From positions 32,001 to 96,000 of IMG/VR virus record IMGVR_UViG_3300035670_000075: a DNA stretch of 64,000 nt; one strand, given 5' to 3'. Source of the stretch: a virus. The first letter of the stretch is position 1. Each line of letters begins with the position of its first letter. Of this stretch, positions 47,077-55,267 are shown one piece after another. Under the pieces are notes generated by a model. The model had not been told where the DNA came from. It did not search any database and worked only from the letters and a program-made list of their open reading frames with translations. A program made the position numbers and the translations under genes.

Positions 47077-47795
47077 GTATGAGTACGAGTATCGGGCTAT
47101 GCGGCGCACACCGAACTGGCAAGACCACGCTGGCTCGGCGCTATGCCGAGATAAATAATATTCCGTTCGTGCAAATCAGTACCAGCGACGTGTTCGAGCG
47201 TCATGGCTTAGACCCGGCAAAGCCCATGAGCTTTTCGATGCGCCTGTGGATTCAGGGCTTGATTCTCGCCGAGGCGAAAGCCGTGTGGGAAGGTACTCAA
47301 CATTTCATCACCGACCGCACGCCAATCGACTTCATGGCGTACACGCTTGCTGACATACAGGGTGACACCGAAGTTGACGCGCCAGCACTGAAAGAATACA
47401 TGGCGCAATGCTTCGATGCATTGAGCAAATACTTCAGTCACCTGGTTGTCATCCAACCAGGTATTCCGCTGGTATTTGAGCAGGGCAAAGCGGCACTCAA
47501 CAGCGCCTATATCGAACACCTCAATACGCTGACGCTTGGGCTATGTCACGACAGCAGAAATCTGGCTGGAGTCAGCGTCATGAGACGCGGTATGACAGAT
47601 ATTCAAAGCCGCGAGATGTGGCTTTCTAATGTCGTAGCATTCGGTGTGCGGAATGGTGACGGTAGACAACCTTCATTGATTGACAGGCTTGTTGCGGCAG
47701 AAGAAAAGCTGCGGCACTTGCAGTCAATTGTGACCACGGAGCATGAATCAAAAGGTGAGTTCATTGCTCGCGTAAGAGGCGTGTTGAAAAATTAG
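47073..47795 (+). CDS. P-loop kinase/ATPase (NadR/AAA_28-like), possible nucleotide kinase
   Basis: [21 protein letters not shown]; coupled to thyA. Confidence 0.7.
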   Translation: MSMSTSIGLCGAHRTGKTTLARRYAEINNIPFVQISTSDVFERHGLDPAKPMSFSMRLWIQGLILAEAKAVWEGTQHFITDRTPIDFMAYTLADIQGDTEVDAPALKEYMAQCFDALSKYFSHLVVIQPGIPLVFEQGKAALNSAYIEHLNTLTLGLCHDSRNLAGVSVMRRGMTDIQSREMWLSNVVAFGVRNGDGRQPSLIDRLVAAEEKLRHLQSIVTTEHESKGEFIARVRGVLKN

Positions 47796-48027
47796 TGTTT
47801 ACAAATTGGTTTTAATTTTGTTAACATATGTCTATGCGTATTTATTTCTGATTACATTTTTAGATAGTGTATATAAAAAAGAGTGGCCGCGACTGAAAAA
47901 CTCTGTACCTCAAATTGGGAACTCAATTTGGAAATGCGGGAGACGGAATCATGAATTCACCACCGATTGCCGGGTACGCTCACTCTTTTTTATGTGCATT
48001 AACTGAGATATTTGCATCGAGGATGAA

Positions 48028-48864
48028 ATGTCTAACATCGCATGGACACAAAAAACACTAAACTCAGCGACAGGCTGCACCGAAACATCGCCTGGTTGCA
48101 AATGGTGTTACGCTAAGCTTCTGATGGAGCAGAGACTTGCTAAAATGCCGCACTTGGAAAAGTACGCCGGACGAAAGTTTCATGACGTGCAGTTTCACGA
48201 AGAAGAACTGCAAACGCTTTACAAAACACGCAAGCCGACTGTGTTCTTCCTGAACAGCATGTCAGACACTCTTCATGAGCGATTTGGCGAGCACGAAATA
48301 TTAAAGACGCTGATCGCAATAGCAGATAACCCGCGCCATACTGTACAAGTTCTTACGAAGCGCGCTGAGCGCATAGAGCTTCTTGAGTCTGTATGGAGAA
48401 ACCACGCTGGCGACAAATTGCCACGCAACATATGGCTTGGTGTAACCGTTGAAAATGCTGATTACATTGGCAGGATAGAGCATCTTCGCAACTCTAGCGC
48501 TGCCGTGAAATTTATATCGCTTGAGCCGCTGCTTAGCGATATACCGAACGTCGATTTAAGCGGGATTGATTGGGCGATTGTCGGCGGAGAGTCTGGACGC
48601 AAAGCCCGTGCAATGCATCCGAATTGGGTGCGCAATATCTTGCGCCAGTGCCGCGAGAATAACGTAGCATTCTTCTTCAAACAATGGGGAACTTACGCGC
48701 CAATAATCGGTGATCATATCAATCCTGGTGCGTGTAAAAAAACGCCTATCCATCTCGCACACGGTCATGCGTTTGAGAAAATGCGGACGCCGAGATATGC
48801 TGTTTTGGATGGTGTTGTTTTGCAGGAGTATCCAAGGCATAGTGAGGAAAAGTTATCATGCTGA
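48028..48864 (+). CDS. DUF5131 (phage Gp37/Gp68) family protein
   Basis: GCTETSPGCKWCYA, NSMSD, LTKR, SLEPLL, VGGESG, FFFKQWG. Confidence 0.9.
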   Translation: MSNIAWTQKTLNSATGCTETSPGCKWCYAKLLMEQRLAKMPHLEKYAGRKFHDVQFHEEELQTLYKTRKPTVFFLNSMSDTLHERFGEHEILKTLIAIADNPRHTVQVLTKRAERIELLESVWRNHAGDKLPRNIWLGVTVENADYIGRIEHLRNSSAAVKFISLEPLLSDIPNVDLSGIDWAIVGGESGRKARAMHPNWVRNILRQCRENNVAFFFKQWGTYAPIIGDHINPGACKKTPIHLAHGHAFEKMRTPRYAVLDGVVLQEYPRHSEEKLSC

Positions 48865-49323
48865 ATTTGGATGACATGACCATAAGATGAATCAGTAACA
48901 GAAATTCTTGAATATCGCTCACCGTGGAAAACAAAGCGAGCGGTAAAAAAAAAAGGCAAGTGGCTAAGCCGTCATGAGAAGCGCCCGCCGAGCGCTTGAA
49001 ATTGCCACATCGGTACGAAGCATCACTGGCTCCAATAGGCAAAGGCGTCTTGAAATGCCGGTGTGTTGCGGTTCGATTCCGTGACTGTGCTTTTTTTATA
49101 GCTATAAGAAGTCAGCAAAATGCATCTCTATTACTGTGGACGTAAAAAATGGCGCGGTTATATGAATCGCGTAACTGAAGCTAGTATGCTTGATGCTTTA
49201 CCATTCGGGAAATTAATTGCGCGGGTAAAAAAGCATCAGGTTTATTTTGTATGTCGTGATGTTTCAAGAAGTCAGCAGGCAATTAAATTGAAAAGATTTT
49301 GGCGGGCTTCGCGCAGTGAATAA

Positions 49324-49421
49324 AGATAACGCCCGAACTCAGGCGACCATTGCCGCCTATGAGCTTTAATTAACCAATTTAAACCGGCGGCAATGGGTCG
49401 GCCTTGACCGCCAAGTTAGGC
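49324..49421 (-). repeat. Integron attC site (array B)
   Basis: On +: AGATAACGCCCGAACTCAGGCGACCATTGCCGCC...GGCGGCAATGGGTCGGCCTTGACCGCCAAGTTAGGC. Confidence 0.85.
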
Positions 49422-49440
49422 TTTTGCCTTTAGGATACAT

Positions 49441-49686
49441 ATGAACACAGACGATATAATGAATGAATCTGAGAAGCTTACAGAGGAACTTGTAAAATAT
49501 CTAGCAAAACGTAAAACAAACCGCGCAGTTGCGATCACGTCATTAGTAGATTGCTGCGTTTTTATCGCTACCGAGTCGAAAGATGAAAAAGTCATTTTCA
49601 CAATACTTGATATGATTCATAAAAGAGTAGACTCAATTGCCAATGAGCTTTTTGCAGAGCGTAGCATATGGAAAGTTAAAGCCTAA
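49441..49686 (+). CDS. Gene-cassette ORF, hypothetical
   Basis: Cassette ends GTTAGGCTTT / AAAGCCTAAC (10/10 complementary). Confidence 0.7.
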   Translation: MNTDDIMNESEKLTEELVKYLAKRKTNRAVAITSLVDCCVFIATESKDEKVIFTILDMIHKRVDSIANELFAERSIWKVKA

Positions 49687-49736
49687 CTTGTAGATAGGCA
49701 GAATGTTGAATAACTGTTATTTAACATTCTGCCTAT
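49681..49736 (-). other. attI-like site containing a 43-bp palindrome (copy 1)
   Basis: ATAGGCAGAATGTTGAATAAC-T-GTTATTTAACATTCTGCCTAT at 49694-49736, next to the core site. Confidence 0.6.
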
Positions 49737-49741
49737 TACCA

Positions 49742-50302
49742 TCACTGCAACGTCACATCATCAGCACCAAGTCTATCTTGGATGCCTATTAACAAAGCCA
49801 ATTCATCCTGGCTCAACTGCTTCACAAGCTCGCGTTCGTCTTTGACTTTCAACTCACCACTAACTTCAGACCTGCTATCTACGCTAAGCCTGTCGAAGCG
49901 CCCAAACTCATCGCGGTAACGTCGCTCCAACAGCCATGCAATCGGTTGCCACGGTGGAGGCGCGGCTTTCTGAATGACCTCGCGGCTGAGTAGGTTGCCG
50001 TCTGCGTCGTAGCGGCGCTTTTCTTCTATAATCACTTGCTTCTGCGTTGAAGCGTCTAGCATCTTTCTAAGCAGGCTTTTCTTGTACTCAAGCTTTGCTT
50101 TTTTTATAGTCTCTGAAAACTCCGAAAACACAGGAGACTTTCTTTCATCTCCGCTTTTCATCCAATCATAAAAAGCAGCTTCACTAACGCCAGCAGCAGT
50201 GCAAGCATCTGCATTTGAAAGCCCTGCCTTAAAAGCCTCCACCAGTATCGCTATAATGTCAGGCGTGAATACCCTCTTCCGCCCGGTCTTACTCTTCGCC
50301 AC
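49742..50302 (-). CDS. Terminase small subunit-like HTH protein
   Basis: GRKRVFTP...ACTAAGVSEAAFYDW; W..IAWLLERRY.DEFG. Confidence 0.7.
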   Translation of the reverse strand: MAKSKTGRKRVFTPDIIAILVEAFKAGLSNADACTAAGVSEAAFYDWMKSGDERKSPVFSEFSETIKKAKLEYKKSLLRKMLDASTQKQVIIEEKRRYDADGNLLSREVIQKAAPPPWQPIAWLLERRYRDEFGRFDRLSVDSRSEVSGELKVKDERELVKQLSQDELALLIGIQDRLGADDVTLQ

Positions 50303-50966
50303 TTTGTCTCACCACCTTCTTTCTCTTCTGCACATCGGGGTAGCGCAGAATAATTCCATCTAATTCAGTTTCAAATGCCAGCAAGTCATCCATTGGTACA
50401 CTGACTGTTATCTTAGCAACTTGCTCCATATTGTCGCCGCCACCATCGCCACCGAAGTCATTGCCATCACCGCCGAAGCCATCACCAAATCCGCTGTTTT
50501 GCAAACTCGCAAACAACGCGCCAGTGTCAACTTCAAGTGCCTTCAGTGCATCGGAAAAGCCAGCCTCCAACGCACTCAAGTCCCACTCGCCACTCACACC
50601 TGGTAGTGGGTTGTCGAGCAGTAAGATTTGCTCCTCTTGCGCCGGGGTCAGCCCGCTGCACACAACGGCTGGAGCGTGAGTAACACCCATGTACAGCACA
50701 GCATCGACACGCAAATGCCCGGCGCACGACATCAACTTGCCAGTCCTATCTGACAATATCGGCAATCGATTCATAAACAACTCAGGAGACTGTTTAATCC
50801 CCTCTGCGAGATTATGAATCTCTACCTTGCCGTACTTGCGCGGATTGGCGCTGCCATTGACAGATGTATAGGGGACTATCTCTCTGTAATCAACCGTCAG
50901 CAACTCGCACTTGGCGGAAGCGGTTATTACGTCCAAAAGCTGTTTTTCTGTTTTTTGCTGCGACAT
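50289..50966 (-). CDS. ParB-N-like domain protein
   Basis: NPRK, AGHLRVDA, LLDN...GEWD; upstream of the TerS-like gene. Confidence 0.65.
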   Translation of the reverse strand: MSQQKTEKQLLDVITASAKCELLTVDYREIVPYTSVNGSANPRKYGKVEIHNLAEGIKQSPELFMNRLPILSDRTGKLMSCAGHLRVDAVLYMGVTHAPAVVCSGLTPAQEEQILLLDNPLPGVSGEWDLSALEAGFSDALKALEVDTGALFASLQNSGFGDGFGGDGNDFGGDGGGDNMEQVAKITVSVPMDDLLAFETELDGIILRYPDVQKRKKVVRQSGEE

Positions 50967-51054
50967 CTTGCGTTAACGCCGTTGTTTGTTTACAATATGT
51001 TTACATAATCTAATATAGATAGATTATACACAGAATTCACACAGGATAACAAAG

Positions 51055-52560
51055 ATGGGCGGCAGCATAATCACCAAAACCATGTTCATGTCAGGCGTGC
51101 AATGCACGCTAAAACTATGGCACGAACAGCATGCCGACAGCAGAGAACCGCCGTCAGAAAGCACGCTGCGCGCAATGGCAGAAGGCAATGAAGTCGGCGC
51201 ACTGGCGCGTGCGCAATATCCTGGCGGCGTATTTATCGCCGAAACAAACTACGAAGCCGCTGCCGCTGCGACGCGCGAGGCATACGAAAACGGCGCGTCG
51301 GTAATCTACGAAGCGGCATTTTTGGTAGATGATATGTACGCCAAAGTCGATATTTTGCATATCGACGAGGAAGGCAACGCAACCATCATTGAAGTAAAAG
51401 CCACTACGTCGGTAAAACCTGAGCATCTTCCAGACGTAGGCTTCCAATGGCACGTTGTCGTAGCGTCTGGTATCAACGTGACTAACGTATACCTGATGAT
51501 TCTCGACGACACCAAGCTGTGTCCGTCTGATAACTACTTCAAACTGGAAGATGTCGCAGAGAAAGCGCAAATCTGGAAAGACGCTGCACAGTCAAAATCG
51601 GTTGCGCTGATGAAAACAGCCAATCAAGCAACACAGCCAACACAACAAATAGGATCACACTGCAACACGCCGTATGACTGCCAATTCACCGATAAATGTT
51701 GGGCGCATGTACCTGATGAGAATAGCATATTTACAATCCCATTCCTGCGTGGGAGAAAAAAACAAGACCTGATCGACGCAGGAATATTCCATATCAACCA
51801 CTTGCCAACTGAATTTGAGGCAACTGCGGCGCAACAGGTGTGGATTGATGTGGCAACCAGTGGCAAGCCAATCGTCAACATTGCCGGAATCAAAGACGAG
51901 CTATCGCAACTGGAATACCCGCTGGCTCACTTCGATTTTGAGACAATGGCATACGCCATCCCAAGATTTGCCGGGATGAAGCCGTATCAGCAGTTCCCAT
52001 TCCAATTTTCACTGCATGTGCAGAGAAAAAATGGGAAAATAACCCATCAAGAATATTTACATGTCACTCGCGACGACCCGCGAAAACACATTGCAGAAGC
52101 CATGCTTGCTTCTATTCCAGACGGCGGACATATCATCACCTGGAACAAACATTTCGAGTCTGGACGCATCATGGAAATGGCAGCGTGGCTGGAGTCAACC
52201 GGAGAAATCTCAAAAGCCAACCAGATGCGCAAGTTCAACGACCGCCTGTGGGACTTGGCTGAGATATTCCGCATCAAAGGCACTGGCGAAGTGCTGTGGC
52301 TGCACCCCGACATGCAGGGGCGCTACAGTATCAAATATGTTCTTCCAGTGATTGCGCCGCACTTGAGCTACAAGGGCATGAAAGTCGCCAAGGGCGATGA
52401 AGCAATGAACGCCTGGGCAAAGCTGATCATGCTTCCAGACGGCAGCGCCGAGAAGCAGGAATTGACATCGGCATTGCTTGCATACTGCAAGCAGGACACA
52501 TACGCGATGGTGGTTATTTTGGATTATCTGTGGAGTCTTGTATGGAAAAGCGGTTTGTAG
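51055..52560 (+). CDS. DUF2779-type nuclease (PD-(D/E)xK plus RNase H-like)
   Basis: QC.LKLW, EG.EVG.LAR, VDIL..IIEVK, DFET, PFQFSLH, SIKYVLP, YCKQDT. Confidence 0.8.
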   Translation: MGGSIITKTMFMSGVQCTLKLWHEQHADSREPPSESTLRAMAEGNEVGALARAQYPGGVFIAETNYEAAAAATREAYENGASVIYEAAFLVDDMYAKVDILHIDEEGNATIIEVKATTSVKPEHLPDVGFQWHVVVASGINVTNVYLMILDDTKLCPSDNYFKLEDVAEKAQIWKDAAQSKSVALMKTANQATQPTQQIGSHCNTPYDCQFTDKCWAHVPDENSIFTIPFLRGRKKQDLIDAGIFHINHLPTEFEATAAQQVWIDVATSGKPIVNIAGIKDELSQLEYPLAHFDFETMAYAIPRFAGMKPYQQFPFQFSLHVQRKNGKITHQEYLHVTRDDPRKHIAEAMLASIPDGGHIITWNKHFESGRIMEMAAWLESTGEISKANQMRKFNDRLWDLAEIFRIKGTGEVLWLHPDMQGRYSIKYVLPVIAPHLSYKGMKVAKGDEAMNAWAKLIMLPDGSAEKQELTSALLAYCKQDTYAMVVILDYLWSLVWKSGL

Positions 52561-52784
52561 TAACTAAAGGCAACGGGACATTCAAAGCTGGCGATAGAAT
52601 AGTCTTTTACAAAAATGGGGACATAGGTTGCGCACAGGCTGGTGGATGGGTTGATAATAAGGACGCAGAAGAAGCTACAAAAGGTATGGAATACAGACCT
52701 GATGTTGAGTTTGCGAAAAAGAAGATTAAACGCCTATCGGAAGAGATTGCAGAGTTGCGCAGAGAATATGGTGTTACTGAATAA
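52542..52784 (+). CDS. Hypothetical protein
   Basis: GGAG RBS. Confidence 0.5.
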   Translation: MEKRFVVTKGNGTFKAGDRIVFYKNGDIGCAQAGGWVDNKDAEEATKGMEYRPDVEFAKKKIKRLSEEIAELRREYGVTE

Positions 52785-52998
52785 TGTTATTTTCCTTTGG
52801 AGTGAAAAACATGCTTACGACTGTTAGGGCTAGAGTTTGCAGAGTTGGTGAATGGGCAGTGTTCCGCACAAAACAGCATGGATTGGTCATGCAAATGGGC
52901 GACGGTTATATGAAAGCGCCTCTGCAAAAAAAGAATATGTTTAAGTTAAATATCAGCGGTAATACGCCATGCCTGGTAAGGTCGCGATGCGATATTAA

Positions 52999-53095
52999 AA
53001 CTAACGCCAAAGCTCAGGCGACAACCGCCGTCTGTGAACCATAAACAACCAAAAAGCCTAACGGCAGCGGGTCGCGCTCAAGTGTGAAGTTAGGC
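52999..53095 (-). repeat. attC site C1
   Basis: AACTAACGCCAAAGCTCAGGCGAC...GTCGCGCTCAAGTGTGAAGTTAGGC. Confidence 0.8.
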
Positions 53096-53109
53096 TGTGG
53101 AGATAAGCC

Positions 53110-53397
53110 ATGACTGAGATTGTAAAAGGAATGAAAATTACGCCTTGGGGTACTAAAGATAACCCTCTTATGCAGGGAATGTTTGTTGGTTGCGTACAAT
53201 GGGCGATTGGTGATAAAGATATAGTTGAATCGTTCAAGAAAGATACAGGTAATGACCTGAACTCGTTAAGATTTTCAGGTATTGATGGAATGATTGATGA
53301 AGCTACAGGAAGGGCTGGAGAGATGTTTGCAGCCTTTGCGGATTATGTGGCTGAAAATATCTGGGGTGATGAAAACTCGGATATTGATGCAGCCTAA
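53110..53397 (+). CDS. Gene-cassette ORF, hypothetical
   Basis: Ends GTTAGGCTG / CAGCCTAAC; GGAG RBS. Confidence 0.7.
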   Translation: MTEIVKGMKITPWGTKDNPLMQGMFVGCVQWAIGDKDIVESFKKDTGNDLNSLRFSGIDGMIDEATGRAGEMFAAFADYVAENIWGDENSDIDAA

Positions 53398-53490
53398 CGC
53401 CAGAATTAACCCGACATGCGCCGCCAATTAACTAAAACCAAGTCATAAAAGCCCGACGGCGCATGGTCGGACTTGATGGCAAAGTTATAC
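53392..53490 (-). repeat. attC site C2
   Basis: GCCTAACGCCAGAATTAACCCGACATGCGCCG...CGGCGCATGGTCGGACTTGATGGCAAAGTTATAC. Confidence 0.85.
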
Positions 53491-53499
53491 GGAGACTAT

Positions 53500-53805
53500 A
53501 TGAGCAAGCAACAATGGGGACATGGATACCACCGTGGTTTTAATAAAGGATACGCAAAGGCGAAGCGCGAAGAGGAAACAAAGCGCGCTTTCAAAGAAAA
53601 TAAACATGCTCATTGGGTTGAGATTACTCATTACGGAAGCGAAGGCGTTGAGCCAAAAGACCGCATGTTATGCGGTGATGTTGGTGGTAGCTGTATAAGC
53701 GGAAGCGGTGAAAGCATATGTGCTGGCTATCGCGGTGAAAATGAAACAGGTACACATGTGATATGCGCTGAAAAACCAAGAGCGTATAAGCATGATTCCG
53801 TATAA
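53500..53805 (+). CDS. Gene-cassette ORF, hypothetical (Cys-containing)
   Basis: Ends GTTATACGGA / TCCGTATAAC. Confidence 0.7.
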   Translation: MSKQQWGHGYHRGFNKGYAKAKREEETKRAFKENKHAHWVEITHYGSEGVEPKDRMLCGDVGGSCISGSGESICAGYRGENETGTHVICAEKPRAYKHDSV

Positions 53806-53898
53806 CGCCAGAACTCAGGCGACCATTGCCGCCTGCAAACTTAAACTTTAGCCAGTTCACTCCGGCGGCAATGGGTCGCCTGGAGTGACAAGTTATAT
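53800..53898 (-). repeat. attC site C3
   Basis: GTATAACGCCAGAACTCAGGCGACCATTGCCGCC...GGCGGCAATGGGTCGCCTGGAGTGACAAGTTATAT. Confidence 0.88.
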
Positions 53899-53911
53899 TG
53901 AGGTAACAAAT

Positions 53912-54181
53912 ATGATTAAAAATCTCAGAAATGATTTTATTGAACTGATGTCAGAGTCATATGTAAAAATGCCAAGGCACGACAGAATATGTCTGCTCCA
54001 TGCAATGGACGCACCTGACAATAACCCAGCGACAGGGCTGCCATTTCAAACAGTAGGCGAACTGTTTGGTTCAATGAGTGACGAATCTTTGGCAACAGTC
54101 TATCGCGATATGCGTGATAACGAATTATTAGCAAGTCGGGACAGCTACAGAAAATATGAAGAAGCCATTAAAAATTTGTGA
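53912..54181 (+). CDS. Gene-cassette ORF, hypothetical
   Basis: Ends GTTATATT / AATATAAC; GAGG RBS. Confidence 0.7.
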   Translation: MIKNLRNDFIELMSESYVKMPRHDRICLLHAMDAPDNNPATGLPFQTVGELFGSMSDESLATVYRDMRDNELLASRDSYRKYEEAIKNL

Positions 54182-54285
54182 ATATAACGCCAAAGCTCAC
54201 GCGACCAATACCGCCCGCGATGAGCTTTAATCCGGCACTAAATTTTGTGGGCGGTATTGGGTCGCCGTGGAGCGTAAAGTTAGGT
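54182..54285 (-). repeat. attC site C4
   Basis: ATATAACGCCAAAGCTCACGCGACCAATACCGCCC...GGGCGGTATTGGGTCGCCGTGGAGCGTAAAGTTAGGT. Confidence 0.88.
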
Positions 54286-54290
54286 GCTTA

Positions 54291-54446
54291 ATGAATAAGA
54301 ATATGAGAGCGGTAGCAAGGAAATCATGCTGGATGGCTAATGGTTTTTTCGGTTCAAACCGCAAAGAAGCCGTTCAAAAAGCAATAGAAAACGGAGTTAA
54401 ACCCGAAAACATAAAAGCTAAAAAAGTATATCCATCTGGCAAATGA
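54291..54446 (+). CDS. Gene-cassette ORF, 51-aa basic peptide (not in the ORF track)
   Basis: MNKNMRAVARKSCWMANGFFGSNRKEAVQKAIENGVKPENIKAKKVYPSGK; ends GTTAGGTG / CACCTAAC. Confidence 0.55.
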   Translation: MNKNMRAVARKSCWMANGFFGSNRKEAVQKAIENGVKPENIKAKKVYPSGK

Positions 54447-54453
54447 ATTTTAC

Positions 54454-54551
54454 ACCTAACGCCTGAGCTAAGCCGCGCTGCGCCGCGATGAACTTTATAT
54501 TAACCTGCTCAAGCCCGACGGCGCAGCGTCGGCTTGAGCGCAAAGTTAGAG
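54454..54551 (-). repeat. attC site C5
   Basis: Minus strand CTCTAACTTTGCGCTCAAGCCGACGCTGCGCCG...GCGCAGCGCGGCTTAGCTCAGGCGTTAGGT, a canonical attC top-strand layout. Confidence 0.92.
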
Positions 54552-54628
54552 GTTGACATGGATAGAATCAAGGTAACAAAAGATTGCATTAAAGTATATG
54601 AGCAGCAAAAAGGTTCAAAAGAATCTTC

Positions 54629-55198
54629 TTACTTATCAAGAAGAAGACTTCTAATTTCTTTGAAATCGTCATCATCAAGAAAGAAAAACTGACATGATTT
54701 TGATTTCTTTTTATTTGACATAATCGTTAATCCTTTATATATGCTTAACGATTGTGTCTTTTTGGCATCTGCACTTGATAATATGCTAACTTTATTAAAT
54801 CCGTTTTTTTCAAAAAAATGTTCTTTACCAATTGAAGATATGAAACATATAGGAGAGAATCTTTCTTTCACTGTGCTAAGCACAAGACTACCAATACCTT
54901 CCATTCTGTATTTTTCTTCAACATATATGCGATGTAGATAGAATTTATCTCCAGGAAAATGAATAACCATAGCATAAGATATTGGGTTTCCTTCATAAAG
55001 GTAAGCTATGATTTTCAAATTACCAACACGAAATAACTCTTTAAATATATTTGATATATAATTTAAAGCATTATCATAATTTATGTTTTTATCAATTGAT
55101 AGCCCAATAATCATTGGAGTTATAAGAGCATCCTGAAGCATTATCTCCGATTCTATTTTTATTATCTGGTTTATATCTGATTGACTAAGCTCACTCAT
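54629..55198 (-). CDS. GNAT acetyltransferase, AT-rich gene cassette in canonical orientation
   Basis: LHRIYVEEKYRMEGIGS, FFEKNGF; ends GTTAGAGGT / ACCTCTAAC. Confidence 0.8.
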   Translation of the reverse strand: MSELSQSDINQIIKIESEIMLQDALITPMIIGLSIDKNINYDNALNYISNIFKELFRVGNLKIIAYLYEGNPISYAMVIHFPGDKFYLHRIYVEEKYRMEGIGSLVLSTVKERFSPICFISSIGKEHFFEKNGFNKVSILSSADAKKTQSLSIYKGLTIMSNKKKSKSCQFFFLDDDDFKEIRSLLLDK

Positions 55199-55202
55199 AT
55201 TT

Positions 55203-55255
55203 ACCTCTAACTTGTAACTAGGCAGAATGTTAAATAACTGTTATTCAACATTCTG
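55203..55255 (-). other. attI-like site containing a palindrome (copy 2)
   Basis: CTAACTTGTAACTAGGCAGAATGTTAAATAACTGTTATTCAACATTCTG, near-identical to 49683-49731. Confidence 0.6.
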
Positions 55256-55267
55256 TATAATACAACC

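Noticed and set aside
46285-48864. Hypermodified-base synthesis cluster
   Set aside because: ThyA looks canonical (PFNIASY Asn retained) and no glycosyl- or amino-transferases were recognised
51055-52560. Cas4 of a CRISPR locus
   Set aside because: DUF2779-type phage nuclease architecture; no array or other core cas genes
52999-54551. Regularly spaced repeats read as a CRISPR array or as simple terminators
   Set aside because: The repeats are ~100 bp and divergent, the spacers are whole genes, there are no U-tails, and core-site complementarity fits attC
55208-55235. dif-like site (GAATGTTAAAT resembles the XerD arm)
   Set aside because: No acceptable XerC arm at the correct spacing
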